In this document: positions 25,124-36,134 of the stretch, one piece after another
Layout: each line of letters starts with the position of its first letter
Numbering within the stretch: position 1 is the first letter of the stretch
Sequence record: MG589383
From: Shigella phage phi25-307
DNA length: 64,000 bases
Direction: 5' to 3' (one strand)
Position numbers and translations under genes: made by a program
The notes under the pieces: generated by a model
Databases searched by the model: none
The model's input: only the letters and a program-made list of their open reading frames with translations
Told to the model about the DNA's origin: nothing

Positions 25124-25858
25124 TTACCTTAAGATTGTTTCAATTTTAGAATAAAGCTCTTCTAAAGAGCCGTCGTTTGTAATAACTAAATCGCCTTCTT
25201 CAATAGGCAACCCAGCTTCTGTAATATGTTTATCAACGGATTCCGTACCAGAGCGAACCACATGAATAACTGTAGCACCCATCGCTCTAGCGGTTTCCAT
25301 TTCATGGACTTGACGTGTATCGGTTACAACATAGTAATCGAAATCACTTCCAATATAATCCATATAGTTTAATGCAAAAAGTTTAACCCAATACATACGG
25401 TCAAATAAATTAACGACAACATCCGTACCGAGGGCTTGCATAAGACGGCGGATTGACCATGTGTCGTTGATATTATTTATAGCTTCACGCAGGGCTTCAT
25501 ATGGTTTAATATCTAGATATGAATACCCACCTTCTAATGATGATAATACTTTAACATTATTAATTGGTAAATATTGACTTTGTAAATAAATTAGCGCTTC
25601 TTCTATTAATTCAATAACATCCAACTTATTGATATTTAATGGTGTTTCACGGTCATATCCAACACCTTCAAAGTATTCATATTTCAACTCAGTGAATACA
25701 TCAGGATTTTCAGCATGCCTACGTCCCCAGGCTATTGCTAGAGCGTCTTTAATCGGATATGCCAATTGGTATTTTACGGATTTAAAGTTTGAATTGATGT
25801 AATCGGCAGTAGTGTCTTTACCACTACGTTTGATGCCGCTTAAAAAGATTAGCTCCAT
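25124..25858 (-). CDS. 1: deoxynucleoside monophosphate kinase (gene 1)
   Basis: MELIFLSGIKRSGKDTTADYI P-loop; 244 aa; matches T4 gp1 as recalled. Confidence 0.9.
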   Translation of the reverse strand: MELIFLSGIKRSGKDTTADYINSNFKSVKYQLAYPIKDALAIAWGRRHAENPDVFTELKYEYFEGVGYDRETPLNINKLDVIELIEEALIYLQSQYLPINNVKVLSSLEGGYSYLDIKPYEALREAINNINDTWSIRRLMQALGTDVVVNLFDRMYWVKLFALNYMDYIGSDFDYYVVTDTRQVHEMETARAMGATVIHVVRSGTESVDKHITEAGLPIEEGDLVITNDGSLEELYSKIETILR

Positions 25859-25911
25859 AGGTTTTCCTCATATAATTTATGAATGATTATAACATACGGA
25901 GCTAGAAGCGA

Positions 25912-26496
25912 TTAACGCAAGGAAGGGTGTCTAGAAATGGATTTAGATTCGACCGCTTGACGTGGCTGTTGAGATACAATGACTTCACCATCCTTTTCTA
26001 TCGTCATATACGCGTAGTGAATAGTTGCTACGCACGTAACGGCAGGGTCAGAGTCTTCGGTGTAACTAAATTCAATTTCACTCAAATCAGAAATCCATGG
26101 TTTATAGAAATTTGCCGTCAAAACTACTTCGGTCTTATTGTTGTTTAAAATGTGCAAAGTAACAAACTCGGGACCATCTGAGTGGGCCGTATTATGTCCG
26201 GTTATATAGTTATTAGTGCTGAGCATCCATTTATACATGTTCATCCAGGACGTCATGTCTTCATCAACTATAAATCGTACAACAAAAGGGTCATATTCAA
26301 ATGTGGTGCCTGCACGCATTGCACGTCCTAACCCCATTGTGCCTGTCACAGTTTCAACAACAGGAATTCTCACACCTGGTAATGGAGCCGTTTGGGCATT
26401 GAGCACAAAACCTGAAGTTCGTGTACTATCTGGGATATCCACAACAAAGTTTGTTATATTTGTTTGGTTAAAAATCTGTCTCGCTGGACGAGTCAT
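25912..26496 (-). CDS. 3: gp3 tail completion / sheath stabiliser
   Basis: MTRPARQIFNQTNITNFVVDIPDSTRTSGF matches T4 gp3 N-terminus as recalled; start refined to ATG 26494-26496 (track start is GTG). Confidence 0.8.
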   Translation of the reverse strand: MTRPARQIFNQTNITNFVVDIPDSTRTSGFVLNAQTAPLPGVRIPVVETVTGTMGLGRAMRAGTTFEYDPFVVRFIVDEDMTSWMNMYKWMLSTNNYITGHNTAHSDGPEFVTLHILNNNKTEVVLTANFYKPWISDLSEIEFSYTEDSDPAVTCVATIHYAYMTIEKDGEVIVSQQPRQAVESKSISRHPSLR

Positions 26497-26598
26497 AAGC
26501 ACCTCAAAAACGCTTTAATAAAAATGCAGTATAATGGTTTTAGGTCTCTTCCATTAATCCGGTTCAACAGAATATCAGAAGAACGGAAGAGAATAGAA

Positions 26599-27420
26599 TT
26601 AAGATTTCCAAACAGTATTCGCAGAGAAACGTTTTCCTTTTGACATAAACTGCTGAGTAGGTAACATGATTATGTTAGCCCAGTCTTTAGGAGCTATTTC
26701 TGTTATTGTTCCTCTAATGTGGCCTGGCAGGTATGCTTTAATCATTTTGTCAGCACCTTGAAATCCTTTCACCTTGCTCCAGTCTATCTTCAACTTTGTG
26801 TTATTAGTAATAGTAGTTGTGCTAGCATATTGCTTCAGCAATTCTTCAAGAAACTGTTGTCGTGCTTTAGGTGGGATATAGTGCAAGTTTAACCCATACA
26901 TCAAATTATGTTTACCTAATCCTAAATAAATAATCAAAGGATATCGGTCCCAGTACGGCAGAGTATCTTTATGTTTAGCATCATACACGTAAGTATAAAT
27001 TTTGCCTGGCGTAGGCTTGACTACTTTATGACCTTTTACACTTTTCTTAATTGTTTCAACAAACCACTTAGATGATTTGTTGTTTACTGCTGCGCCTTCA
27101 TTTCTAATCTTTTCTCGTATTGAACTGCGAAACGAGTTTATCATCAGAAGTTGACGTTCTTGCTTATTGAGTTTATTTTTAGGTTTAGATTCAAGCGTTT
27201 CAATTTTCTGTTCAGTTTTAATAGCTGATGCATATTTAGACATTGCAGACTTAAACGTCGAGTATTTTATTCCTTTTGATTCTGCAAATGCTTTTGCAGT
27301 GATTCCTTTCTCTTTAGCTTTCTTGTATTCTAATCCTACCTTAATCCATTTTCTTTCGTTAATAGACCTTGCGATCTTAACGACTTGTACCCCTTCAGAT
27401 ATAACTTGGAATATGCTCAT
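26599..27420 (-). CDS. 2: gp2 DNA end-protector protein
   Basis: 273 aa; synteny 1-3-2-4; AAGGGG RBS. Confidence 0.8.
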   Translation of the reverse strand: MSIFQVISEGVQVVKIARSINERKWIKVGLEYKKAKEKGITAKAFAESKGIKYSTFKSAMSKYASAIKTEQKIETLESKPKNKLNKQERQLLMINSFRSSIREKIRNEGAAVNNKSSKWFVETIKKSVKGHKVVKPTPGKIYTYVYDAKHKDTLPYWDRYPLIIYLGLGKHNLMYGLNLHYIPPKARQQFLEELLKQYASTTTITNNTKLKIDWSKVKGFQGADKMIKAYLPGHIRGTITEIAPKDWANIIMLPTQQFMSKGKRFSANTVWKS

Positions 27421-27422
27421 AA

Positions 27423-27872
27423 TTACCCCTTGTATCCGAGTTTTCTAAGACCATCTTCGGTTAGAACTCGGAATTTTATATTTCTCTTTTCAGCAACAGC
27501 TGAGGCAGCTTTCCATTTGTCACAGTTCACAGACCAGGTATATATTTCATTCATATAACGTTTCTTTGCTGCGGTAGTAAGATTTGCAGGCTTAATAGGT
27601 GGTTGAGTTTCTTTCTTTGGTTTTATTTCTACAAAGAACTCTTGACCTGATGCATCTTTCATCCATATGTCCATATAGTACCGACGTTTTTTACCTTCAG
27701 CATTACAAAAATATGGAATTACTGCTGTTTCACTACCCCATGCAATAATTTCTGGATTTTTATCTAACCATTCGAAAAAGAATTTTTCCCAGTTTGAACG
27801 ATACGTTATTTTGGTATGGTCTCCACGGTATTTTTTTAAATTTTTTGGGACCCATTTACCAGAGTAGGCCAT
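27423..27872 (-). CDS. 4: gp4 head completion protein
   Basis: [11 protein letters not shown]...[27 protein letters not shown] matches T4 gp4 as recalled; start refined to ATG 27870-27872 with AAGGAGG RBS. Confidence 0.9.
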   Translation of the reverse strand: MAYSGKWVPKNLKKYRGDHTKITYRSNWEKFFFEWLDKNPEIIAWGSETAVIPYFCNAEGKKRRYYMDIWMKDASGQEFFVEIKPKKETQPPIKPANLTTAAKKRYMNEIYTWSVNCDKWKAASAVAEKRNIKFRVLTEDGLRKLGYKG

Positions 27873-27883
27873 GTTGTCCTCCT

Positions 27884-27891
27884 TATAAATA
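27884..27891 (+). promoter_or_regulatory. late promoter TATAAATA for gene 53
   Basis: Exact TATAAATA 43 nt upstream of the gp53 start. Confidence 0.6.
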
Positions 27892-27898
27892 GTATTAT

Positions 27899-27906
27899 TA
27901 TTTATA
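27899..27906 (-). promoter_or_regulatory. late promoter TATAAATA for gene 4 (divergent)
   Basis: Plus strand tatttata, 27 nt upstream of the gp4 ATG on minus strand. Confidence 0.6.
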
Positions 27907-27933
27907 CCAATTTCATATTGGAAGGAGACTATC

Positions 27934-28509
27934 TTGTTATTTACATTCTTCGACCCAATAGGATATAGTGCTAAAACAGTTAATAAGAACGCACCTACTA
28001 TTCCTATGACAGACATATTTCGTAACTATAAAGAGTACTTTAAGCGTGTTGCTGCCAATTATAGATTACGTTCTTATTACATTAAAGGCTCTCCGCGTCC
28101 TGAAGAACTAGCAAACATAATTTATGGCAACCCTCAATTATACTGGGTCCTTTTGATGTGTAATGACAACTATGATCCGTATTATGGTTGGATTACATCT
28201 CAGGAAGCAGCGTATCAAGCTTCTATTCAGAAATATGCTAATGCTGGCGGTGACCAAGTTCTTTATCATATTAATGAAAATCGTGAGAAATTTTACAATT
28301 TGGTTTCATATCCGGACGAGCCTTTAGTGTGGTACGATAAAGGTGATGAAGCTCGTAAGTATCCGCAATATAAAGGACCTTTAGCTGCAGTAGATACTTA
28401 TGAAGCGGCAGTATTAGATAATGAAAAACTTCGTAAAATAAAAATTGTTGCAAAAGAAGATATAAACTCGTTTATCACAGATTTGATTCGTGAGATGGAG
28501 ATTGCATAA
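27934..28509 (+). CDS. 53: gp53 baseplate wedge subunit
   Basis: MLFTFFDPIGYSAKTVNKNAPTIPMTDIFRNYK matches T4 gp53 as recalled; initiation codon is TTG at 27934 after GGAAGGAGA RBS, no in-frame ATG. Confidence 0.9.
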   Translation: MLFTFFDPIGYSAKTVNKNAPTIPMTDIFRNYKEYFKRVAANYRLRSYYIKGSPRPEELANIIYGNPQLYWVLLMCNDNYDPYYGWITSQEAAYQASIQKYANAGGDQVLYHINENREKFYNLVSYPDEPLVWYDKGDEARKYPQYKGPLAAVDTYEAAVLDNEKLRKIKIVAKEDINSFITDLIREMEIA

Positions 28510-30242
28510 TGGAAATGATTAGCAGTAGCCTTAATTGGTTCGTGGGTGTTGTCGAGGACAGAATGGACCCATTAAAACAAGGGCGAGTTCGAGTTCGAGT
28601 CGTTGGTCTTCATCCGGCGCAGAGAACACAAGGTGATGTACAAGGTATTCCTACAGAAAAACTTCCATGGATGACTGTTATTCAACCTATTACGTCTGCA
28701 TCAATGTCAGGTATTGGTGGTTCTGTTACAGGACCTGTTGAAGGAACTCGAGTATATGGTCATTTCTTAGACAAATGGAAAACAAACGGGATTGTACTTG
28801 GTACATACGGCGGAATAGTACGTGAAAAGCCTAATAGACTTGAAGGTTTTTCAGACCCGACAGGCCAATATCCGCGACGTTTAGGTAGTGATACGAACGT
28901 ATTAAACCAAGGTGGTGAAGCTGGTTATTATTCGAACTCTAACGTAATTCAAGATAACAACTTGGATTATGGTATAAACCCAGATGATACAGATTTAGCA
29001 AATATTCCAGAAGATGATGACCCTAATTTTACAATAACAGAAATGTTACGTCGTGACGAAGGTCTTCGTGATAAAGTGTATTGGGACCATCTCGGGTATC
29101 CTACAGTAGGTATTGGACACCTTATAGTAATGGAAAAAACCCGAGATATGTCTCGAATTAATAAATTATTATCTGATCAAGTAGGGCGTGAAGTAACAGG
29201 AAATCCGGGAACTATTACATTAGAAGAAGCAACAGCGTTATTTGAGAAGGACCTTGCTAAGATGCAGAAAGACATTCGTTCTAATTCTAAAGTAGGTCCT
29301 GTTTATGCTAAAATGAACAGATCTCGCCAAATGGCATTAGAAAACATGTGCTTCCAGATGGGCGTAGGCGGTGTAGCAAAATTCAATACTATGCTTAAAG
29401 CAATGGCCACAGGTGATTGGAAAACCGCATACAAATCTGGACGCGATTCGTTATGGTTCCAACAGACTAAAGGACGCGCTTCACGTGTAACAACAATTAT
29501 TTTAACCGGTAACATGGAATCATACGGTGTTCCTGTTAAAACACCACCTTCACCAGGAGTTGGTGCCGATTTAGTTACTAGAAATACCGATCCAGAAGAC
29601 CCAGCTGGTCCTCCTGTTCCGTTAGATTCACGTATCCTTTTTAAAGAACCTGAATCAAGTTATCGTGGTGAGTATCCATATGTTCATGCTATGGAAACAG
29701 AAAGCGGTCACATCCAAGAATTTGACGATACTCCAGGTAATGAACGTTATCGCTTAGTTCATCCAACAGGGTCATATGAGGAAGTTTCTCCGTCTGGGCG
29801 TCGTACTCGTAAAACTGTAGAAGACCTTTTTGACATCACTAATGGCGATGGGAACTTCTTGATTTCTGGTGATAAGCTTGTTAACGTTGGTGCTAATGAA
29901 ATATATTATAACATGGCAGACCGCCTCCATCAAATAGACGGCAATGACACAATCTTTATTCGTGGTAACCAATCTAAAACTGTTGAAGGCGATGGAACTC
30001 TTTACGTTAAGGGTAATATCAAAATAGTTGTTGACGGAAATGCAGATATTCTTGTTAAAGGTGATGCTAAAACTCAGGTCGAAGGGAATCATGATTACAC
30101 CGTCAACGGAAACGTTAAATGGACTGTTAATGGTAATGTTGATATGACTGTTGCCGGGGATTGGGCAGAAACAATGTCTACAATGAGCTCAGTAGCTTCA
30201 GGACAATACACTGTTGACGGATCTCGTATTGATATTGGGTAA
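28509..30242 (+). CDS. 5: gp5 baseplate hub subunit and tail lysozyme
   Basis: T4-lysozyme-like domain (GLRDKVYWDHLGYPTVGIGHL) plus C-terminal VxGxxxxxV beta-helix repeats; 577 aa. Confidence 0.95.
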   Translation: MEMISSSLNWFVGVVEDRMDPLKQGRVRVRVVGLHPAQRTQGDVQGIPTEKLPWMTVIQPITSASMSGIGGSVTGPVEGTRVYGHFLDKWKTNGIVLGTYGGIVREKPNRLEGFSDPTGQYPRRLGSDTNVLNQGGEAGYYSNSNVIQDNNLDYGINPDDTDLANIPEDDDPNFTITEMLRRDEGLRDKVYWDHLGYPTVGIGHLIVMEKTRDMSRINKLLSDQVGREVTGNPGTITLEEATALFEKDLAKMQKDIRSNSKVGPVYAKMNRSRQMALENMCFQMGVGGVAKFNTMLKAMATGDWKTAYKSGRDSLWFQQTKGRASRVTTIILTGNMESYGVPVKTPPSPGVGADLVTRNTDPEDPAGPPVPLDSRILFKEPESSYRGEYPYVHAMETESGHIQEFDDTPGNERYRLVHPTGSYEEVSPSGRRTRKTVEDLFDITNGDGNFLISGDKLVNVGANEIYYNMADRLHQIDGNDTIFIRGNQSKTVEGDGTLYVKGNIKIVVDGNADILVKGDAKTQVEGNHDYTVNGNVKWTVNGNVDMTVAGDWAETMSTMSSVASGQYTVDGSRIDIG

Positions 30243-30245
30243 TAT

Positions 30246-30761
30246 ATGGCACAAATACTTCCTTTAAATACCGACTTAGGAGAAGACATGGAAGGGGCGT
30301 CTATTGACGTCCTTTTTACTCCACAGTTAGAAACAACCGAAACTTTAGTGTCAATAAATATAACAGATTATGAACCGACACAAGGCATTACGGTAGATGG
30401 TAATCGTTTATATGGAACATATGAAAGTGTGTTTAGCTTTTCTTCGGATGCATTGAAATACCGATTAAATGACGATTTTGAAACCGCATCTTCATGGGAT
30501 GATTTACCAAAAGATGAATCCGCACAGTTATATTTGTGGAGAGCTCCTCAGAATCTTCGTAAAGTGTTTAGTTATACGGTTGAAATGATTTATAACTACC
30601 AAGAAGAAAGTTCATCAGGCGGTTCTAGAAGTGACTCTGGTACAGAACCTCCACCGGCTCCAGTACAAAAAACTCTTACTAAGGTTTATACAAAAACTAT
30701 AGTAGGAAATTGGAGCAAATGGGCTCAACAATTACGAAACTATGTTTATGTGAGGCCGTGA
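30246..30761 (+). CDS. 5.1: gp5.1-like protein
   Basis: ORF track; position between 5 and 5.4. Confidence 0.7.
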   Translation: MAQILPLNTDLGEDMEGASIDVLFTPQLETTETLVSINITDYEPTQGITVDGNRLYGTYESVFSFSSDALKYRLNDDFETASSWDDLPKDESAQLYLWRAPQNLRKVFSYTVEMIYNYQEESSSGGSRSDSGTEPPPAPVQKTLTKVYTKTIVGNWSKWAQQLRNYVYVRP

Positions 30762-30763
30762 AA

Positions 30764-31057
30764 ATGTCTGGTTTAAGTTACGACAAGTGCGTTACAACAG
30801 GTCATGAAGCATGGCCTCCTACTGTAATAAATGCTTCCCAATCTAAAGTGTTCACCGGCGGTATTCCTGTTCTTGTGGCAGGAGACCAAATAACACCTCA
30901 TACAGAAATTAAAAAACCATACGAGACTCATGGAGGTGTTACTGAACCTCGTACATCTAAAGTATACGTCACTGGTAAAAAGGCTGTTCAAATGGCTGAC
31001 CCAATTTCATGCGGGGATACTGTTTCTCAGGCCTCGTCAAAAGTCTTTATAAAATAG
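30764..31057 (+). CDS. 5.4: gp5.4 PAAR-repeat spike-tip protein
   Basis: [19 protein letters not shown]...PISCGDTV matches T4 gp5.4 as recalled; start refined to ATG 30764. Confidence 0.85.
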   Translation: MSGLSYDKCVTTGHEAWPPTVINASQSKVFTGGIPVLVAGDQITPHTEIKKPYETHGGVTEPRTSKVYVTGKKAVQMADPISCGDTVSQASSKVFIK

Positions 31058-31065
31058 GAATTAAA

Positions 31066-33039
31066 ATGGCAAACACTCCTGTAAATTATCAATTAACACG
31101 AACAGCGAATGCTATTCCCGAGATTTTTATCGGGGGCACATTTGCCGAAATCAAACAGAACATTATCGAATGGCTCAACGGGCAGAATGAATTTCTTGAT
31201 TATGATTTTGAAGGTTCGCGTTTAAACGTATTGTGTGACCTTTTAGCATATAACACTCTTTACATCCAACAGTTCAGTAATAGTGCAGTGTATGAAAGTT
31301 TTATGCGTACTGCAAACTTGCGTAGTTCTGTTGTACAAGCGGCTCAAGATAACGGATATCTGCCTTCATCTAAATCAGCAGCACAAACAGAAATTATGCT
31401 CACATGTACGGATGCATTAAATAGAAACTATATCACCATTCCACGTGGCACTCGTTTCTTAGCATACGCTAAAGATACTTCTGTTAACCCGTATAACTTT
31501 GTTTCTACTGAAGATGTCATTGTAGTTAAAGACAAAAATAACCAATATTTTCCACGTCTTCGATTAGCTCAAGGACGTATTGTTCGCACTGAATTAACAT
31601 TTGATAGATTAAAACCTATCATTATTCGTGATAAGAATATTGACCGTAATTTGGTTAAGTTGTATGTTGACGGAGCAGAATGGATTAACTGGACTCGTAA
31701 GTCGATGGTTCACGCTGGTTCTACGTCAACAATCTATTATATGCGTGAAACAGTTGATGGGAACACTGAATTTTATTTTGGTGAAGGTGAAATCTCTATT
31801 AACACATCAGAAGGCGCGTTAACATCTAACTATATTGGTGGCCTTAAACCTGTTCAGGGTTCTAAAATCGTAATTGAGTATATTTCTACTAATGGCGCAG
31901 ATGCTAACGGTGCTGTAGGATTTTCTTATGCTGATACATTAGCTAATATCACGGTAATCGGTATTAACGAGAACCCTAGCAATAACCCAGACTTTGTTGG
32001 GGCCGATGGTGGTGGTGACCCTGAAGATATTGAACGTATCCGCGAATTAGGCACAATTAAACGCGAAACTCAACAACGTTGTGTAACCGCTTCCGATTAT
32101 GACACATTCGTCTCTGAGCGGTTTGGTTCTATTATTCAAGCGGTTCAAACATTCACGGATTCATCTAAACCAGGGTACGCATATATTGCTGCTAAGCCTA
32201 AATCTGGATTGTATTTGACTTCTGTCCAACGTGATGATATCAAAAACTATTTGAACGATTATAACTTAGGGACTATTACACCTGTTGTTATTTCGCCTGA
32301 TTATTTGTTTATCAAAATGAATATCAAAGTTACATACGCGTTGAATAAACTCCAAGAATCAGAACAATATCTTGAAGGGCAAATTATTAATAAAATTGAC
32401 CGATACTATATTGAAGATGTAGAAATTTTTAACTCATCGTTTGCAAAATCTAAAATGCTAACTTATGTCGATGATGCAGATATTTCTATTATTGGTTCTT
32501 CAGCTACTATTCAAATGGTTCGCGAAGTACAAAACTTCTATAAAACGCCTGAGGCCGGTATTAAATACAATAATCAGATTAAAGATAGATCGATGGAATC
32601 TAATATATTCTCGTTTGATTCGCACAGACCTAATCCAGAAAATGCAAACGAAACTATTAAATACGGTGTTCGCATAGTATCTTCTGACCGTAATGACCGT
32701 GGCATAGGTCAAGTTATTATTGGTCCATTTGCAGACGGTGATGTTGTTGAAAACGAAAATATACAACCTTATACAGGTAATGATTTTAATAAACTTACTG
32801 TTACTGACGGACGAAACAAATACTATTCAATTGGTGAAGTGAATTATCCCGCCGATTCGATTTATTGGAACATTGCTAAAATTGACCTCACTTCAGACCG
32901 TTTTGAAGTTCAAACAATTGAACTTTATTCCGACCCTGCAGATGATATTATTTTTACAAAGGATGGTTCTTTAATCGTATTCGAAAATGACTTACGTCCT
33001 CAGTACTTAACTATAGATTTGGAGCCTATTTCACAATGA
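31066..33039 (+). CDS. 6: gp6 baseplate wedge subunit
   Basis: MANTPVNYQLTRTANAIPEIF matches T4 gp6; start refined to ATG 31066. Confidence 0.9.
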   Translation: MANTPVNYQLTRTANAIPEIFIGGTFAEIKQNIIEWLNGQNEFLDYDFEGSRLNVLCDLLAYNTLYIQQFSNSAVYESFMRTANLRSSVVQAAQDNGYLPSSKSAAQTEIMLTCTDALNRNYITIPRGTRFLAYAKDTSVNPYNFVSTEDVIVVKDKNNQYFPRLRLAQGRIVRTELTFDRLKPIIIRDKNIDRNLVKLYVDGAEWINWTRKSMVHAGSTSTIYYMRETVDGNTEFYFGEGEISINTSEGALTSNYIGGLKPVQGSKIVIEYISTNGADANGAVGFSYADTLANITVIGINENPSNNPDFVGADGGGDPEDIERIRELGTIKRETQQRCVTASDYDTFVSERFGSIIQAVQTFTDSSKPGYAYIAAKPKSGLYLTSVQRDDIKNYLNDYNLGTITPVVISPDYLFIKMNIKVTYALNKLQESEQYLEGQIINKIDRYYIEDVEIFNSSFAKSKMLTYVDDADISIIGSSATIQMVREVQNFYKTPEAGIKYNNQIKDRSMESNIFSFDSHRPNPENANETIKYGVRIVSSDRNDRGIGQVIIGPFADGDVVENENIQPYTGNDFNKLTVTDGRNKYYSIGEVNYPADSIYWNIAKIDLTSDRFEVQTIELYSDPADDIIFTKDGSLIVFENDLRPQYLTIDLEPISQ

Positions 33040-36000
33040 CAGTAAAAGCGCCAGCAGTCACAAGTCTCAGAATATCCAAGTTGTCCGCTAACCAAGTTCA
33101 AATACGCTGGGATGACGTTGGTGCTAATTTCTACTATTTCGTAGAAATTGCTGAGACTAAAACGGCAGACGGGGAAATAATTCCCCCTGCCAGCTACAAA
33201 TGGACAAATTTAGGATATACTCCTAATAGCAACTGGTTCGAAAGTAGCTTAGACCCATTAACTTCTTATATTATTCGTGTATCAACTGCCGCCGAAGGCT
33301 TCGAGAGATCTGATTGGGTATATACCGAAATATTTGAATCATTTCAGACCAACGCGTATACATTTCAACATATGATTGAAATGCAATTGGCTAATACTTT
33401 TATTAGAGAAAAATTTACAAATAACAACACGGCTTATGTCGATTTTAATAACGACACTATAATGGCAGCTCTAATGAATGAATCGTTCCAATTTAGCCCT
33501 GCTTATGCGGATATTTCATCTATTAAAAATTTCATTATTGGTGAAAATGAGTATCATGAAATTCAAGGTTCGATTCAACAGGTGTGTCATGATATAAACC
33601 GTGTTTATTTGATGGAATCCGAAGGAATTCTTTATTTGTTTGAACGGTATCAGCCTGTGGTTAAAGTCTCTAATGATAAGGGACAAACCTGGAAATCGGT
33701 TAAATTGTTTAATGACCGTGTAGGGTACCCTGTATCAAGAACAGTGTATTACCAGACAGATTACACCACGTATGTTCTTGGGTATGATAAATTATTTTAC
33801 GGCCGTAAATCAACAGACGTTCGTTGGTCTGCTGATGATGTGAGATTTAGTTCTCAAGATATAACATTTGCTAAAATTGGTGACCAGTTAAATTTAGGAT
33901 TTGATGTAGAAATATTTGGTAACTACGCATCATTACCTGCTAACGTATCACGTATTGCAGAAGCTATCGTTTGCAATGACGATTATGTATATGTTGCTGC
34001 TCGAGATAAAGTCCGTTTTATTAAAACTAGTAATGCCCCTATTGATTCAGACCCGTTATCTCCGACATATTCCGAACGTTTGTTTGAACAAGAAACATTT
34101 AACATCACAGGTAACCCTAAGGCAGTTTGCTATAAAATGGATTCTGTCGGTGGTAAAATATTTGCACTGATTATCGGTGAAGTTGTTAATCTTAATGACG
34201 ACCCGAGGACCACTCCTATTGTTGATTCTGCTGATAAAGGTGTTTACGTTCTAGACCATGATGCTGGCACATTTAAACGTGTGTTTGGTAATACTGAAGA
34301 AGAACGCCGTCGTATTGAACCTGGGTACACCAGTATGTCTACTGATGGTGTTGAGTTATCTATTTCATCTAGTAATTTTAAATTTTTAGAATCAGATATT
34401 GTTGATGACCAAAAAACACAAGCCAAGTACGGTTTAATCGGTGCTGTTAAATACGAGTATCCTCGCGAATGGTTGGCTGATAAACATTATCATATGATGT
34501 CATTTATTTCAACCGAAGACTCTCAATGGGAATCATTCACTCCTCAACCGATGGAATACTATGCTGAGCCATTCTTTAGTTATTCTAGAAAGTCTGGTAC
34601 TCGTTGTTGGATTGATAACTCAGACAAGGCCGTTGTAATTTATTCTGATTTACTTTACACTAAGGTTATTGAGAGTCGTCCACTTAGTTCTTCAGACCGT
34701 GAAGTTCATGAATATTGGAAGGACGGTGACTGTACAATAGTGATGCCTAACGTAGATTTCACCGGATTTAAAAAATATGCATCCGGCATGATTTTCTATA
34801 AATCATCAGGTGAGATTATTTCTTATTATGATTTTAGTTATCGTGTTAGAGATAATGTTTCTATAATTTGGAAGCCTACTAATATATTCTTAACAGCATC
34901 GTTACAAAACCAAGAAAAAGATACCACATGGTCTCCTGTGGAAGAGAATGGTATTGCGGACCCAGATTTACGACCATTGCTCACTACAATGATGCCGGAG
35001 TCTTATCTTTTAGATAATACAAACTTCGAAGCATTCTGCGAGGCTTATATTCAGTATCTTTCTGACGGCTATGGGACCCATTATAACAACCTTTTAAATC
35101 TTATTAAAAATCAATATCCACGAGAAGAACATGCGTGGGAATATTTATGGTCTGAGATTTATAAACGAAACATTTACTTAAACGCCGAAAAACGCGATTT
35201 AGTGTCTCGTTTCTTTGAATCAAGAAGTTATGACTTCTATTCAACTAAAGGAACTGAAGCATCATATAAATTCTTGTTTAAAGTGCTTTATAATGAAGAT
35301 GTTGAAATTGAAATTGAATCTAGTTCCGGGACCGAATATGATATCATCATTGAATCTGATTCGTTGACAGAAGATTTGGTCGGTCAAACCATATACACCG
35401 CTACAGGACGTTGTAATGTTACGTATATCGAGAGAAGTTACTCTAAAGGTAAATTACAATGGGCTGTAACAATTCACAACCTCTTAGGTCGTTTAATCCA
35501 AGGACAGGAAGTTAAAGCTGAAAGACTCCCTGGTTTTGAAGGTGAAATTGTTCGTGGTATTAAAGGTAAGGAGCTTTCTCAGAACAACATCGATTACATA
35601 AATCGTGGTAGAGCATACTACGTAATGAAGATTAAATCTAAACTTCCATCATCTCGTTGGAAATCAGACGTATTACGTTTTGTTCATCCAGTTGGATTTG
35701 GATTTATCGCAATTACCCTTCTCACAATGTTTATTAACACTGGATTAACACTTAAACATGTTGAAACCATTATTAATAAATACAAAAACTATAAGTGGGA
35801 TTCTGGATTACCGACTAAATATGCAGACCGAGTGGCTAAATTAGACCCACAAGGAAATGTTGAGTTTAACCCTATTACAGGTGAAGCGATATATGAAATA
35901 GGCCCTATGGCTGGTCAAGATTATCCATTGCCTGAAGATTATAACGCTGAAAACAATAACTCCATATTTCAAGGTCAACTTCCATCGGAACGACGTAAAC

Positions 36001-36134
36001 TGATGAGCCCATTATTTGATGCGTCCGGAACAACATTCTCTAGATTTAGAGATTTGGTTGAACAACGGTTAATCGATAATGTAGGAAATCCAAGAGACCC
36101 CGTGAATCCACCACAGGTTAAATTAGATGAATGA
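33036..36134 (+). CDS. 7: gp7 baseplate wedge initiator
   Basis: 1032 aa as in T4 gp7; synteny. Confidence 0.9.
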   Translation: MTVKAPAVTSLRISKLSANQVQIRWDDVGANFYYFVEIAETKTADGEIIPPASYKWTNLGYTPNSNWFESSLDPLTSYIIRVSTAAEGFERSDWVYTEIFESFQTNAYTFQHMIEMQLANTFIREKFTNNNTAYVDFNNDTIMAALMNESFQFSPAYADISSIKNFIIGENEYHEIQGSIQQVCHDINRVYLMESEGILYLFERYQPVVKVSNDKGQTWKSVKLFNDRVGYPVSRTVYYQTDYTTYVLGYDKLFYGRKSTDVRWSADDVRFSSQDITFAKIGDQLNLGFDVEIFGNYASLPANVSRIAEAIVCNDDYVYVAARDKVRFIKTSNAPIDSDPLSPTYSERLFEQETFNITGNPKAVCYKMDSVGGKIFALIIGEVVNLNDDPRTTPIVDSADKGVYVLDHDAGTFKRVFGNTEEERRRIEPGYTSMSTDGVELSISSSNFKFLESDIVDDQKTQAKYGLIGAVKYEYPREWLADKHYHMMSFISTEDSQWESFTPQPMEYYAEPFFSYSRKSGTRCWIDNSDKAVVIYSDLLYTKVIESRPLSSSDREVHEYWKDGDCTIVMPNVDFTGFKKYASGMIFYKSSGEIISYYDFSYRVRDNVSIIWKPTNIFLTASLQNQEKDTTWSPVEENGIADPDLRPLLTTMMPESYLLDNTNFEAFCEAYIQYLSDGYGTHYNNLLNLIKNQYPREEHAWEYLWSEIYKRNIYLNAEKRDLVSRFFESRSYDFYSTKGTEASYKFLFKVLYNEDVEIEIESSSGTEYDIIIESDSLTEDLVGQTIYTATGRCNVTYIERSYSKGKLQWAVTIHNLLGRLIQGQEVKAERLPGFEGEIVRGIKGKELSQNNIDYINRGRAYYVMKIKSKLPSSRWKSDVLRFVHPVGFGFIAITLLTMFINTGLTLKHVETIINKYKNYKWDSGLPTKYADRVAKLDPQGNVEFNPITGEAIYEIGPMAGQDYPLPEDYNAENNNSIFQGQLPSERRKLMSPLFDASGTTFSRFRDLVEQRLIDNVGNPRDPVNPPQVKLDE

